Assembly (NCBI RefSeq): GCF_000143415.4
Contig: NW_003314393.1
Coordinates: forward strand, 125,644-189,643
DNA: 64,000 bases
Source of the DNA: Selaginella moellendorffii
Lineage: Eukaryota > Plantae > Lycopodiophyta
Direction: 5' to 3'
A program made the translations under genes and the position numbers. Position 1 is the stretch's first letter. Each line of letters starts with the position of its first letter. Below the pieces are notes generated by a model. It was not told the DNA's origin, did no database searches, and saw nothing but the letters and a program-made list of their open reading frames with translations. Below, piece after piece: positions 25,741-38,470 of this stretch.

Positions 25741-26064
25741 GCAAAATGCAAACCTAACCTCACACACGCGAAATGTCACAACGGTTGGTAATCCCGCCAC
25801 GTCATCATTCCTCGGACTTGGGCGCCACCATTAATTTCTGGATTGCCGCGCGCATGCAAGCACGCAAAATCCAAAAGAAATCCGCAACGTCATCATTCCT
25901 CGGACTGCATGCACGCGAAATCCAAAAGAAAGATCATGATTGGGATATCATTTAATACCCTCGCTATATTTATACCATGCATGATTGGATATTCCAAAGC
26001 ATCTTGTATTTCCAAAAATGGCAGATGTTCAGCTAAATAAAGAAATTCTATCTGTTTCTATTTT

Positions 26065-27390
26065 TCTCTCAAATCAATTTTATAGCGTGTGGGCTCATGC
26101 AATTTTGAACCAAAGAAACCCAAAAAACGTTGGACCCAAAATATTTTGAAAAAACCCAAAAAACCCTAAACATTTTAAACCCAAAAATCCAGGCGTCCTG
26201 TGGCGTTATTCCTTGAATGGCGTGTGGGCACATGCCATTTTCAGGGCCAAATGCTGAATGGAGAAAAATTCCCTTTCAATGCAAATGCTGCAAGAGGCAG
26301 ATGCCGAGCACAAAGGACTGTAACTACCTCACATGACACAGATAAACTTTTCTCTATTTGGCAAAGATAAACTTTATAGCGTGTGGGCTCATGCAATTTT
26401 GAACCCAAAAAATGCACCAAAAAGTTCTCGGCGTCATCTGGCGTTATCTCTTGAATGGCGTGGGGCCGCATGCCATTTTCAGGGGCACATAGGAGTATAT
26501 TCCTAGGATATTCTGACACGCGCGAGATTTTTTTGAGTTTTCTGGAGATCCAACCGTTAGATCGCAACTAGATTTTACAGAATGGTATACAATGTCTTTC
26601 TTGATGACCTTGCAAAGAAGCATCTCGATCGGACACCACATGAGACCACACGAGCCTTACAATGTTTCAGGGGCATTTGCCATAGATCCGACCGTTATTT
26701 TGCTCCAAGATTTTACAGTTTGGTGTGCATTGACCTTTCCATCGACACTGCAAAGGGACATCACAATCAGATGCGGGATCACAAGAAACTAACTTCACTA
26801 ACTCTGGTTTCACCAAGATCTACGTAAGGAGTTATGAAATGAAAGGACCCTCTCTATTGAAATGTGTTTATGGTCCTAGGGGCATTGTGACATATCAAAG
26901 GATTTTGCATCAAGTTCTGTATTTGCATGTTTATCAAGCAACTGAATTGCTAAACCCTAAACCCTAAACATGTGGCAAATGCTGCGTGAAGAAAGATGCC
27001 CTTTCTGGGCAAATGCTGTAAGAGACAGATGCCGAGCAGATGTATCTTAGGCTAGCGAAGGGGACAAACGAAAGCTAGCTATAAACATGACGGGATGTAA
27101 ATAGATTACTAGACTGGTCCTGCGAAAATCAAAAACCATAATTGAAAACATTGAAAATGCAAAAAGAAAAGTTTATAATATTTTTGAATTTTAACCAACC
27201 AAAGGAATGTAACTAGGGCATGTGTTTGTAAGTTTAAAAATGCCTCAACCACTTAAATTCCCAAGTAAATAAAGCTATTTCTATTTTTGGTACAGGTAAA
27301 CTTTATAGCGTGTGGGCTCATGCAATTTTGAACCCAAAAATGCACCAAAAAATGCTCGACTAGCATTATTCTTTGAATGGCGTGTGGCCT
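26065..27390 (+). repeat. Three related 100-170 bp direct repeats, each with a pair of palindromes
   Basis: TTTATAGCGTGTGGGCTCATGCAATTTTGAACC...TTGAATGGCGTG at ~26078, ~26372 and ~27301. Confidence 0.8.
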
Positions 27391-28263
27391 TATATTGCCA
27401 TAAATGGACGTACACACAGAGCATAATTATTCCTTTACACGGCGAATAATCTTGGCGCGGATCGCTGACATGGCATGGCAAAGTTCAAATCACTGACATG
27501 GCACAGCTGGATCAAGGCAAGGACATGATGTGACAAAGTTCAACCTCCGACAGCAAAGTCTAGAAGCTACTCAGTTTGAAATTTGACAGAGGAGTCATAA
27601 GATCTGGTTTGTCAGAGGATTTGATGTGACATTCAAGCGTGTGTTATTTTTGAATTCTCGAACTCATTCCTAGGTCTATCATTTTTGTGCGCCGTGTTCT
27701 TGGTTCCGCTGAGCGCAGTGAGCACTGCTTGTGTAAGCGGCGTTGTGGGCTGTGGTTTATGCGTCTACGAGCGGTTGCGGCATTGCGAGCGCCATTGCGA
27801 GCGGCAGTTTATGCGAGTGGCAGTTTGTGCGAGCGGCGCTATGAGCAGTTGCGGTGTTGCGAGTGGCGCTACAAGTAGTTGCGGTGTTGCAAGCGGCACT
27901 GTCTTTGGTGTGGCTACCGCTTCCTCTTGATATTCGGCACTTGTGCTTCCTGGTATGTTCACCATGGAATGGCTTAGGACCACATTTAGAAATGGCATGA
28001 GGCCACATGCCATCTTGGGCCCTTGCAATTTCATGGCTAGCGTATTGTCATGTATGTTTTTACTTGCCTGCAGCTGTGTGTATATCAAGATGGCATGAGG
28101 GCTCATGCCAATTTTGTGAATGCAAAATTTCACGTGGGTGTCAATAGCATGTTTGAATAATGGCATGTGGCCTCATGCTATTGAGGTTGTTTGGTATGTT
28201 ATGATTTAGGCCATTCTCCAATCATTTTTTGTATGGTCTTAACTTCTTTTCTGCACTTTCAGA

Positions 28264-31200
28264 ATGGCCTTCAGGGTTGGGGAAAAGGTTTACATTTTGA
28301 ATGGTGGGAAGAGAGTTGCAAAAGGGACCCTTGTGTCTATGGATCGGAACTTTGTTATACACTGTCAAAGGCTTGGGGAAGGCAATGCTGCTGTATCAGT
28401 AGAGACTGTCTTCGATGGGAATGTGGTCGCTATTGAACGAGGAGAGATGGTCGTCGGGGTAAATGTTGTTGTTGCCTTGAAAAATCTTCAGAAGAAAGCA
28501 GATGTTGGGGACAGCGCAAGTGCGACGCATGTTCCCTCCGTGGATCTTAAGAACCGCGCTACATGGATTCAGGCGAAGGTGTTTCTAAACAACCCCGAGG
28601 GGGAGGTGGTAGCTGAGGGCTTAGCCACAGTTGTCGATCCAAGAGATGTGGTTGCTAATCAAGAATTGGGTTGAGATGATATTGAAGTTGTGATTTTAGA
28701 GGTTGTTAACACAGAAGAAAACAGTCTGACTATTGGAAGCATTGTGCGGTGGAAATTGAGGCACTTAGTGTTTGAGAATGTGAAGGATTCACAATCAAAC
28801 ACCACTACAACTGATGACAGAACATCTCTTCATGGGAAAAGAAAGTACACCTTCCTAAAGCGCAGCCAAAGGGATCTGAGCAACGAACCGAAAAGGCAGA
28901 AAATGGCGATGGAGGTTCGAATGGTCTCGACAGTTGCTTGTTGCAAGAGGAGGTGCTGTCAACATGCTGATTGGGATGCTATTGAAGAGGAGAGAGCAAG
29001 ATACAAGACATTGTCCTGGAAGGCAGCTCGCAATTTTGTGTATGAGGCATTACGGTCATCTGTTGATGCTTCAGAACATCAGGTGGGGGGCATGGTCTTC
29101 CAGAGGGGTTTGGTCTGTATGAAGGCATGGAGAATCATTTATGGAGTCCCTCGAACCACATTCTACAGAATCAAAACTGAGTTCGAGGAACAAAGGGTTC
29201 AACAGGCAGTCCATGGGAACGACGGTACGCACAAAACCAGGGGTCATGTTGTATATGGAGGGGCAATGTTCAAGAGGTTTGTCGAGACATGTAGCGAGCA
29301 GCAACCACATAAAACCCGCCTCTTGGAAGATGGAACACGAGACACCCAACGAGTTCTCCCTTCCATGTATACCAAGGGGGCCATATTGGAAGATGTGAAT
29401 CGGGAACTCCAGAGTAATGGCTACAGGAAGCTGAGCCAATCTAGATTTAGTAGATTGTGGAGCAACAGGTTCAGGGATGTGAGTATAAGAAAGTACTCCA
29501 GCTTTTCAAAGTGTGACGAGTGCACTGCTATCAAAATGGCTTTGTCGAAGAATTCTTGCAGCGCTGAAGAGCGAGAGATGTTGGTTAGAAGGCGGCTCGA
29601 CCACAACATCGAGCAGAGAAGCTGCAGGACTGCATATTATCATAACAGGATTCTCTCCATGGAGAGACCTGACTGTTACCTCTGCATCATCCACGACAAA
29701 ATGGACCAAAAAAAGACGTGCTTACCTCGACTCAATCCTGCCCCCAAGGCAATCTCTTTATCCATGCAGCTGCCTGTGTCTCTGTTTGGCATAATCGCTC
29801 ATGGGCATGGTGCCCAGAACTATGGGAACTTCTTTGTACCTCTATGGGGTGGCGGGGGTGCAAACATGATGATTGCGTCCCTAGCAAAACACTTAAGGTC
29901 TCTGCAAAGTGCGCAGACTGAGCTGAACGGCCAACCCTTGCATAAGGCCCTTGTCGATCGAACCCCATACAGGGTTCAGCTGGAGAAGGAGCAAAGGCTT
30001 GCAGTATCGCATGGGGCCCCATGCCATCCCAGTGAATATGTTGGCCGTCAGATTGTAGGGTTATCACGTGAGGCCTCATGCCATTCCAACGAGGCTGGTC
30101 GCCCGGTGAATGCACAGCCTCATCCAAACGAAGCAGAATCTCAAGGAAGTTCTTGCGGCCAATGTGGCCTTCCACCCCATCTTCTGCTCCAAACAGACAA
30201 TGCTGGCAGTGAGAACAAAAACATGTACGTCTTCGCGTACTTGGCGATGCTTGTTGCCAAAGGCATATTTGAAACGGTTACACTTGGCTTTCTCATGGTT
30301 GGGCACACTCATGAAGACATCGATGCCATGTTCAGTCACCTGGCAGAGTCCCTCCGGCGATCCAATGTCCTCACCCTCCCACAACTCTATGATGAATTCC
30401 AAAATTGCATCAAAGGCACTGTTGAAGCTGCACTTTTGACAGAGGTTCCAGACTTTAAGGGGTTTGTAAGAGGCTACATCAGGGACGGATCCGAAACGCT
30501 GATTGGCCACTCCAAGCCTCTTTAGTTTCATTTCAGCATGTGTGACGGTGCTCCAGTGATGAGGTACAAGATGAGAGAATGGGACACAGTGTGGCTGCCA
30601 GTGGACGGCATTGAACTCTTCAAGAAAGATCCCATATCTGGGAAACCTATGATTCCTCAAGGTTCCCCACGGCCAATGCACCCGGATGGACTCAAAGACC
30701 AGGAAAGTATAGTGGCCGGGATTAGACAGCATATTGCCTTCTGGAAGAGGGGGTTGGTGTTTGGTGGAGAATCCTATTTTCAGAGGTGCAAGCCTTTGCA
30801 CGAATACTGGGAGAAGATTATAACTGCTATCCAAAATGGGCCGGTTGTATATGAAGAATTGGAAGAGTCCTTTTGGCCAGAACCCAGAGCACCAGATAGT
30901 AGCGGAACAATGTCCTCTGGAAATGTAGTGACAGATAACGATGTTGAGGATCACTATTGTGGGCCGAGGAACAAGAAGCCGGATTTAGCATTCAATCCAG
31001 TACAGGTCTGCAAAGGAATGGTCATGCTTGTCAGACCCAGTAATAAAAAACAAATGATATGGGTGGGGCGTTGCATCACTGATGCAGAGGAAGACGCGGA
31101 AACTAACTCCTTCAATGTAACTGTGGAGTGGTTCAAGCCAAGTTCCGGATATACGAAGGATTGCCTAGAAAAGAGATGGGTGCTGAATCCAAGGGATCCC

Positions 31201-31405
31201 AGCATGAGCATATCGGTGGATAATGTTGTGCATGGTTGGATGCGGAAGCAGAGTGCCACCATCACCTTGCCAGACCATGCAAGAGATGCAGCAAGAGCAT
31301 TCATAACCCGGGTTCAAGGTGAGATTCATGAATATTCCTTTACTAAGTTTCTAATGTATTTTATTTCAAGGTGAACAATCCGAATCTGAATCAGAGGAGG
31401 CGTGA
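28264..31405 (+). pseudogene. Sola-like DDD transposase (~1030 aa) with two nonsense mutations
   Basis: ORFs 28264-28674, 28690-30525 and 30538-31374 share one frame; motifs CC..RC, HGN, KCDEC, IIHDKMDQ, LQTDNAGSENKN, FLMVGHTHEDIDAMFS; probable intron 31319-31370. Confidence 0.85.
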
Positions 31406-32725
31406 TGGCATGTGGCCTGAGATGATGTGACATATGCATTTACCAATCACACGTGCATAAATCTAATAATATGGCGTGTGGCCCATATTAATGGCACATA
31501 AACCCATATTGTGGGCTTACGTGCTTTATGTACCATCATTCCCTTGCAGCATATATGTTGGTTTCCTTTTATAACACAACGAACTCCATATTTTAGGGTG
31601 AAGAGCGTTCTCATGGCAAGCACAAAATCTGTAAGTGAGGCAGAAAAGGAGACGGAGAAGGAGATAGGTGAAGATGTAGAATATATAAGTCTTCCAAACT
31701 CCCCGTACTATACTCCAGGTGATCATTTTTCTGAACAAACGGCAACATTAACAACTATCGAGAACGCCCCAGTAACGTCAGAGACAACAATCCAAAGCAA
31801 AACAACTGACCCGGAGAAGGATGATAGTACCGCTGAGAGTACCAAAAAGGAGGTGTCCACTAGCGCTTAGGCTTATAATGGCGTGTGCCCTCATGCCATT
31901 TACTTGATCACCAAATACCTTTTTCCCTTTGCACTAGTATATCTTAATACCGGTCTGAGAAATAGAATGGCATGTGCCCTCAGGCCTTTTACTAAATCAC
32001 CTTTGAAAGAAATGCAAGCCTCTATGTCGTAAAAAAAAGGTACTAGAGAAATTCCTTAATAATATGAATGTTATTTAGTTTCATGAAAATACACTAAGGG
32101 TGGTCAAATGAGTTAAATGACTTCTCCAGACTAGCAATGCCTCTTGCTACACCTTCACAATTAGATTCGTTAGAAAAAGATAACATTGAATAATATCTAA
32201 ATGTTCTCACCATTAAGTTATATGTCTGGCTAATAGGAATGACGTTTATCTTGGAAAGCTCACCACACGCTCAATGAACAAACAAATAGTATGTGCGCGC
32301 ATGCCATCGCTCTTCTTTAGCTTCAGATTCGGCTTGTTCACCTTGACAATGAGATTTATTATACAACCAGATGGACTCAGTCTGGACATAAAGTCACCGC
32401 GCTAGTCACCATGCCCCAGATATGTCTAGCCCCTGGACAAAAAACATATAATTTCACGTCATTTTCAAATACTTGAAAATTTGTACCTAGTCCCATTTTA
32501 CTAAATAAATCCCACTTTAACGAAATAGAGCATTGAGGAAGTCCCAGAGGACCGTGGGACTTAGTGGTCGGGCCTGTGGGCCTCGATCCAGTGGCAGTGT
32601 TGGCAAACCCGGCCAGGGGCAGAAAGGGACTTAGTGGAGACTGACAGAGGGATATTGGGGACCCTTGCCGGTGGGCATCCTAAGGATGCTAAGGAGTGGA
32701 TCTGAGATGACCACTCACGGAGGGA

Positions 32726-33749
32726 TTGCAGCAGACTGGAACCATCCAGGAATATGTGAATGGGTTCATGGCAAAGAGGATACTTGTCACGGACATGGGG
32801 GATATGGATGCGTTCCATGCCTTTATATCAGGTTTGCAAACCTGGGCTCGCGGTGAGGTGATGCGCTGGAACCCGACCAACTACAAGGAAGTATTGGATG
32901 CGGCCATCAAGGTGCATTTCAACGATAACCTGCGAAAGGGGAACACGACGGGGTCGGGATCCACGTTTAGCAAAGGCCAAACCAAGGGGAACGTATAGCA
33001 GGGGGAAATTCAAGAAGAGTTTCTCTAAGAATGAGTCCTCGGGGTTCCGGAAAGGCAAATCCGGTGGCCAGCGATCGAGTACATGGGGGAGTCAAGAAAA
33101 AAAAGACAAACCCACAGATAAGAAGGTCAAGTCATATAGTAGCGTGGAAAACAACGTATGCTACAACTGCGGTGAAGAGGGACACTTTTCGAGGGAATGT
33201 CCCTACCCGAAGAAGACCAGAGCCAATATGGCCATCAAGTCGGGTGAAGTCCAAACTGAGGTATGTGATCTAGTCCCTAACTCAAAGTTACTCATTACAT
33301 GAGCAACTTTGGTAGAGAGTCATTCGCGACATCTACTAGCCCTCCGAGGGAAGCTCGGAGGTAGCTTTGTTAAGATCCTTATTGACACGGGTGCTTTGGA
33401 TAATTTTGTGGCTGCAGACATAGTCCGGCAAGCCGGACTAACGGTGCAGCGGCTAGGCGAACCAAAGACTATAGAGTTTGTTCAAGGTAGCCAAAGCACC
33501 AATGAGGTACTTCGACAAGCGAGAGTCGAAGTAGGGACATGGAAAGTAGACATGGATTTTACCGTGTTGGACATAGCGGGATTTGACGTGATCTTCGGAA
33601 TGGATTGGTTCAATCGGTTTGTGGTAGCCCTACATGGACAAGGTAGGAACCTTGTGGTATTGGCGAATGCCCAAGGAAGAAGATCTAGGGTGGAGGTCCA
33701 AGAACCAGTTTTGAAGGGACTCTCCAGTTGGGCTTCCAAACCGACTTGA
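32726..33749 (+). pseudogene. Ty3/gypsy gag (zinc knuckle) and aspartic protease, with no RT or integrase following
   Basis: FISGL gag motif, CYNCGEEGHFSRECP, ILIDTGA; frameshift and stop. Confidence 0.85.
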
Positions 33750-34065
33750 GGTTGAGACTGGGACCGAGGGGCCTTGGGTGGGAGTGAGCATGGACTTGGC
33801 TGGTGCCGGAGGGGCCATCCAAGGAAGTGCTCAAGAGCAGCTCCCACTCCCGAAAGGGAAACCGATTGCATCCCAGACGAAGGTATCCACCGTGGGACTG
33901 CGGTACGGGTGGATGACTAGTTACCTCACATGGAATAGCTGGTCTACACAATGGAAGGATTGGTAGATTGAGTGCGGAAATGGGGGTGCTGGTTCCCCTT
34001 GGCTCAGTAGGGGTTGCTAGTCAATGGTCAATGAGGACATTGACATCTCTAAAGGGGGGGTCAGT

Positions 34066-35600
34066 GTAGCGCATCTGGGATCTTCGCTCCAGGACTTAGG
34101 ACTTGCTAGCCCCGAGAATGGCATCCATGCCACTCAACATTTACACTTGGTCCAAGTGCTCCACATGTCCGATCCCATGATCGACACTCAAAGGTACCAC
34201 CGACATGGCAGCCTGTTACGCTAAGGCCCTGCCCAATCACCTTTGCCACACTGGTAGTCCAATACCACTTGCATCACAGTCTTGGCTCTCCAAGACTAGG
34301 CAAACCATCCATGAGTGGTCATCTCAGATCCACTCCTTAGCATCCTTAGGATGCCCACCGACAAGGGGACTAGCCTTCCCCAATATCCCTCTGTCAGTCC
34401 CCACTAAGTCCCTTTCTGCCCTTGGCCGTGTTTGCCAACACTGCCACTGGATCGAGGCCCACAGGCCCAACCACTAAGTCCCACGGTCCCCTGGGACTTC
34501 CTCACCACATGACTGTGTCCTTGGTCAGTACCCCCGAGGACTGCTCCTCTTCCTTTCCATAGTCTGGGCCTTTGGGACCACATTTCGGAACACCGTGGCC
34601 TTACGCGAGCCACCTGGGTACTCTCCCCGCCTTCCGCCCTTGGGTGCTCTAGCCATGGGCTTAGAGCAAGGTTCCGTTGAGCCACGCCTGGTATCCAAGT
34701 AGGTAGTGCCACCCACACTTGGACTGGGAGCATCGGCCAGTCGATCTCCCGGGGGAACTAGAGCCGGCTCTCGAACACTTCACTAAGCTACCCCGCTTGT
34801 CGGTCCGTATTCACTCTAGTCTTGGACTTCCCAGTGGTCAGCTCATCACCCAACACTGGGTCTGGCCTTCCTGGGCCAAACTGGCCTTTTCTGGCCAAAC
34901 TGGCTCCACTGGGCTCCAACCCCCACACTCTCCCTACTATACTTTTGGAACCCCCCGCAGCGCCCCCCCCCCCCTGGGGGACGATCGCTTTGGGCTTTCA
35001 CCCAACTGCCTGTATTAGTATTCGGACTTGGACTCGGACTCGGACTCGGACTCGGACTTGGTCTCGGTCCCGGATTCAGACTCGGACTCGGTCTCGGTCT
35101 CGGTCTCGGTCCTAGAGTCGGTCTTGGACTCGATCTTCGACTTGGTCCCATCCGATGAACTCTTTGTCATTTTGGTCATGCTTTCCTTTAGCCTACGACA
35201 CCTCGGCGAGTTGGTTCCTTACATCTTGGATCACAGTCTTGGCTCTCCAAGACTAGGCAATCCCTCCGTGAGTGGTCATCTTAGATCCACTCCTTAGCAT
35301 CCTTAGGATGCCCACCGGCAAGGGGAATAGCCTTCCCCAATATCCCTCTATCAGTCTCCACTAAGTCCTTTTTTGCCCCTGGCCGGGTTTGCCAATAGGT
35401 ACTAGGTTTTCCAGACCTTTAACTTATTAACTACGACCCCGGGGGCATCCCCCACACTTGGCGGTGCGCCCAAGCCAGCCCTTCCGGCCAAGGGTCCATA
35501 GCAACTGAGACTGGGTATCCCCATCTCATTCACCACGTCCTTGGTGCCACTGGCACCAAAGTGTTCAAGTTAGATATGCTGAGCCACACTAATCAATCTA
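34066..35600. repeat. LTR-like repeat block with internal duplication; diverged copy at ~37390-38470
   Basis: Starts with TGTAG after a PPT; 34275-34440 duplicated at 35232-35395; 34305-34625 is the inverse of 20073-20193 plus 32534-32730. Confidence 0.6.
35023..35112 (+). repeat. (GGACTC/GGTCTC)n hexamer microsatellite
   Basis: Direct reading; decayed version at ~38215-38470. Confidence 0.9.
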
Positions 35601-35951
35601 AGGTATCCACCGTGGGACTGCGGTATGGGTGGATGACTAGTTGCCTCACATGGAATAGCTGGTCTACACAATGGAAGGATTGGTAGCTTGAGTGCAGAAA
35701 TGGAGGTGCTGGTTCCCCTTGGCTCAGTAAGGGTTGTTAGTCAATAGTCAATGAGGACATTGACATCTCTGAAAGGGGGGTGAGTGTAACGCATGTGATC
35801 ATGGGATGAGATTTGGATATACTGTCATTGTGGATCCTTGGAACCTTGGGGGATAAATGGGGATAAAATAGCCACTAAGAGCTCTCACATCAAGAAATTG
35901 CCCCTTTTCCAGTTGGCTTAAGGGGAGAGAGATAAGGTGCGCTACAAAGAG

Positions 35952-36860
35952 GCAACATTTCAAAATATTGTGCCAAGTGAAGAGCATCATTAAGGGTGGC
36001 TAAAGCAAGTGCATGCACAAGTTTTACAAGATCTTGACAAGGTGTTAGTCATAACAATCCCAACTTAATCCTCTTTGACATATTAGGCTTCTCATAAAGT
36101 AAGAGGCTTTGGAAATGAATGTTAAATTGCATCATGGACTCAAACAACCCTTGATAAAGACAATGCAATTGTTAAAAGGCATCATTACAATTGTTGACAT
36201 ATCTAAATGTGCATTTAAAGACTTTTGGAGAATGCTCCAATCCTCACGAGTGGTTGTGCTCAAACCATTGTACCATTGTAGTACTATCTCTTAGAAATAT
36301 ATGGGAAATTCATGCAAATGCCGAGCATCATCTCAAGAATGATATATAATAATCACTGTGAAGTGATTGAACCAATAGTACACATCATCCTTAGGATTTC
36401 TACGGAAGAACTCCAACTAAACTTGAGGATTGGCAGCAAAAGCAGAAAGAGCTGTACCACACACTATGAATGCTGCTATCAAATGAGTCTAATTGTTCAA
36501 TTATAACCATATAATATTGAGCAATTGCACCAATTGCTGCTGCAAAGTCAAAGGAGGAGGAGGCTGCTGGTATGCTATGAAAATGAATGAAAAGAAAAAA
36601 AACAAAAGAGAAAAAATTGAAAAAGCTATAAGAAAAGAGAGATTTAAACAATGTAAAAGCTAGATTTAAAGGAGAATCCCAAATCCAAGTGCTCCTCAAC
36701 TCCACTAATATGAGTGCATGGAATATGGAAAGAAAATATAGAAATATGCATATCAATTAGCCCAAAAACCTTAGCTTATATATATGAGTAAGAGATTCGA
36801 ATTGAAACCAATCTAATGGCTACCAAAATCCCACTATGTTAATATTAGTATATAGTATTA
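35952..36860 (-). mobile_element. Highly degenerate Ty3 gag remnant; continues at ~16610-16722; paralogue at ~59500-60480
   Basis: LQWYNGL gag-like motif; alignable by eye with 59760-60480. Confidence 0.5.
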
Positions 36861-38470
36861 TAGCCGTACACTTGAACCTCATAAAATATAATAAAATTAT
36901 AAACATATAATCTGTGAGTGTATGGAATATGGAAAGAGAATATAGAAATATATATATTAATTAGCCCAAAAACCCTAGCTTATATACAAGAGTAAGTTAT
37001 CCAGATTGAAACCAATCTGACAGCTACTAGAATCCTACTACGCTAATATTAGTATCATAGCCATACACATGGACCTCACAAATCTAAATATAAAATTATT
37101 TCAAAAAGGAAATTAAAAGAAAAGACATATAATTTACATATTTAAAAGCTGGGATTTATATTAATTTTAAGATGGATTCTGTAAAAAAACTCTTGAAGAA
37201 TAAAAATGATTTTAAAAATTATTTTTACTTATAAAAAAACTAATATTTCTGGATATCCTCAAGTATTTCTTGTTTCAAATGTATATATCACAAAAAATTT
37301 CTCTAAATAGTAGGAAGTAAATTACTTTCCAATATTAATATTAATATATAGTTCACAAGAGTAGCAACATCTCCTAATCCAAATGTAGGGTATGCTAGCC
37401 CCAAGAATCGCCACTCAACATTTGCACTTGGTCCAAGTGCTCCACGTGTCCAATCCCATGATTAACACTCAAAGATACCACCAACATATTAACCTATTAC
37501 ACTAAGGCCATACCTATTCACCTTCGCCACACTGATGGTCCAACACGACCTACATCATAGTCCTGTCTCTAAAAAATTGGGCCATCCATCCATGAATGGT
37601 CATCTTAGATCCACTCCTTAGCATCCTAAGTATGCCCGTAGACATAGGGAACAACTTTCCCTAATATCCCTTTTTCAGTCCCCATTAAGTCCCTTTTTGT
37701 CCATGGCTATATTTGCCAACACTGCCACTAGGTCACGGCACACCGACCCGACCACTAAATCCCATTGTCTTTTGGGACTTCCTCACCATGTGACCGTATC
37801 CTTGGTCACTACACTAGAGGATTGCCCTTTTTCCTTTCCATAGTCTAGGACTTTGGGATAACATTTCGAAACACTGTGGCACTATACAAGCCTCATGGGT
37901 ACTCTCTCTACCTTCTGCCTTTGGGTGCTCTAGCCATGGGGCTAGAGTGAGGTTCCATTGACCCACGCTAGGTATCTAATGCCACCCATGCTTGGACTGG
38001 GAGCATCGACCATTCAATCTCCTGGAGGAACTAAAGCCAGCTCTTAAACATTTCACTAAGCTAGCCCACTTGTCTGTCCATATTCATTCTATCTTTGGAC
38101 TCCTCAGTGGATATATCATCACCCAGCACATGCGTATAGCGTTCCTGGGTCACACTAGCCTTTGCGCCCCCCGCCCCCTTTCCCCCAAGGGGACAACAGT
38201 TTATATTAATATTTTGACTCAGACTTGGTCTCAATCTCAGTTTTGGTTCCATCTCGGACTCCATCCTATACTCCATTTTGGGTCCATCTAGGACTTCATC
38301 TTGGGTCCATCTTGGACTCCATTTTGGGTCCATCTTGGACTCCATTTCGGGTCCATCTCGAACTCTATCTCTGACTCCATTTCAGGTCCATTTCAAACTC
38401 CATCTCAGACTCTATTTCGGGTCCATCTCGGACTTCATTTCAAATCCATCTTAAACTCCATTTCGGGTCC

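Larger units (their letters stand above)
20288..32307. repeat. Dispersed 22-bp palindrome ATGGCRTG-N6-CAYGCCAT, about 25 copies
   Basis: Starts at about 20288, 20579, 21657, 21732, 22956, 23147, 23288, 23892, 25167, 25227, 25304, 26082, 26217, 26376, 26455, 27305, 27377, 27992, 28090, 28160, 30006, 30063, 31878, 31967, 32286. Confidence 0.9.
20194..32533 (+). mobile_element. 12.3-kb Sola-like DNA transposon with accessory gene
   Basis: 24-bp TIRs A(A/T)GCTCTATTTCGTTAAAGTGGGA at 20194-20217 and 32510-32533; TGAG TSD at 20190-20193 and 32534-32537; the homologous empty site at ~34490-34520 has a single copy; DDD-type transposase inside. Confidence 0.85.
16728..35946 (+). mobile_element. Composite non-autonomous LTR element with short LTRs and nested insertions, TSD AAGAG
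   Basis: LTRs 16728-16889, 17240-17311 (variant) and 35785-35946; PBS at 16892 and 17314; PPTs before 17240, 34066 and 35785; AAGAG at 16723-16727 and 35947-35951. Confidence 0.8.

Noticed and set aside
31511-31870. Small acidic ORF downstream of the transposase
   Set aside because: Low complexity with no motif; could be an alternative exon but unsupported.
20288-32307. Palindromes as a CRISPR-like array
   Set aside because: Irregular spacing from ~60 bp to 1.8 kb, variable centre, no cas genes, eukaryotic context.
34822-35297. SD-, RT- and SP-repeat ORFs
   Set aside because: Translations of a hexamer microsatellite.
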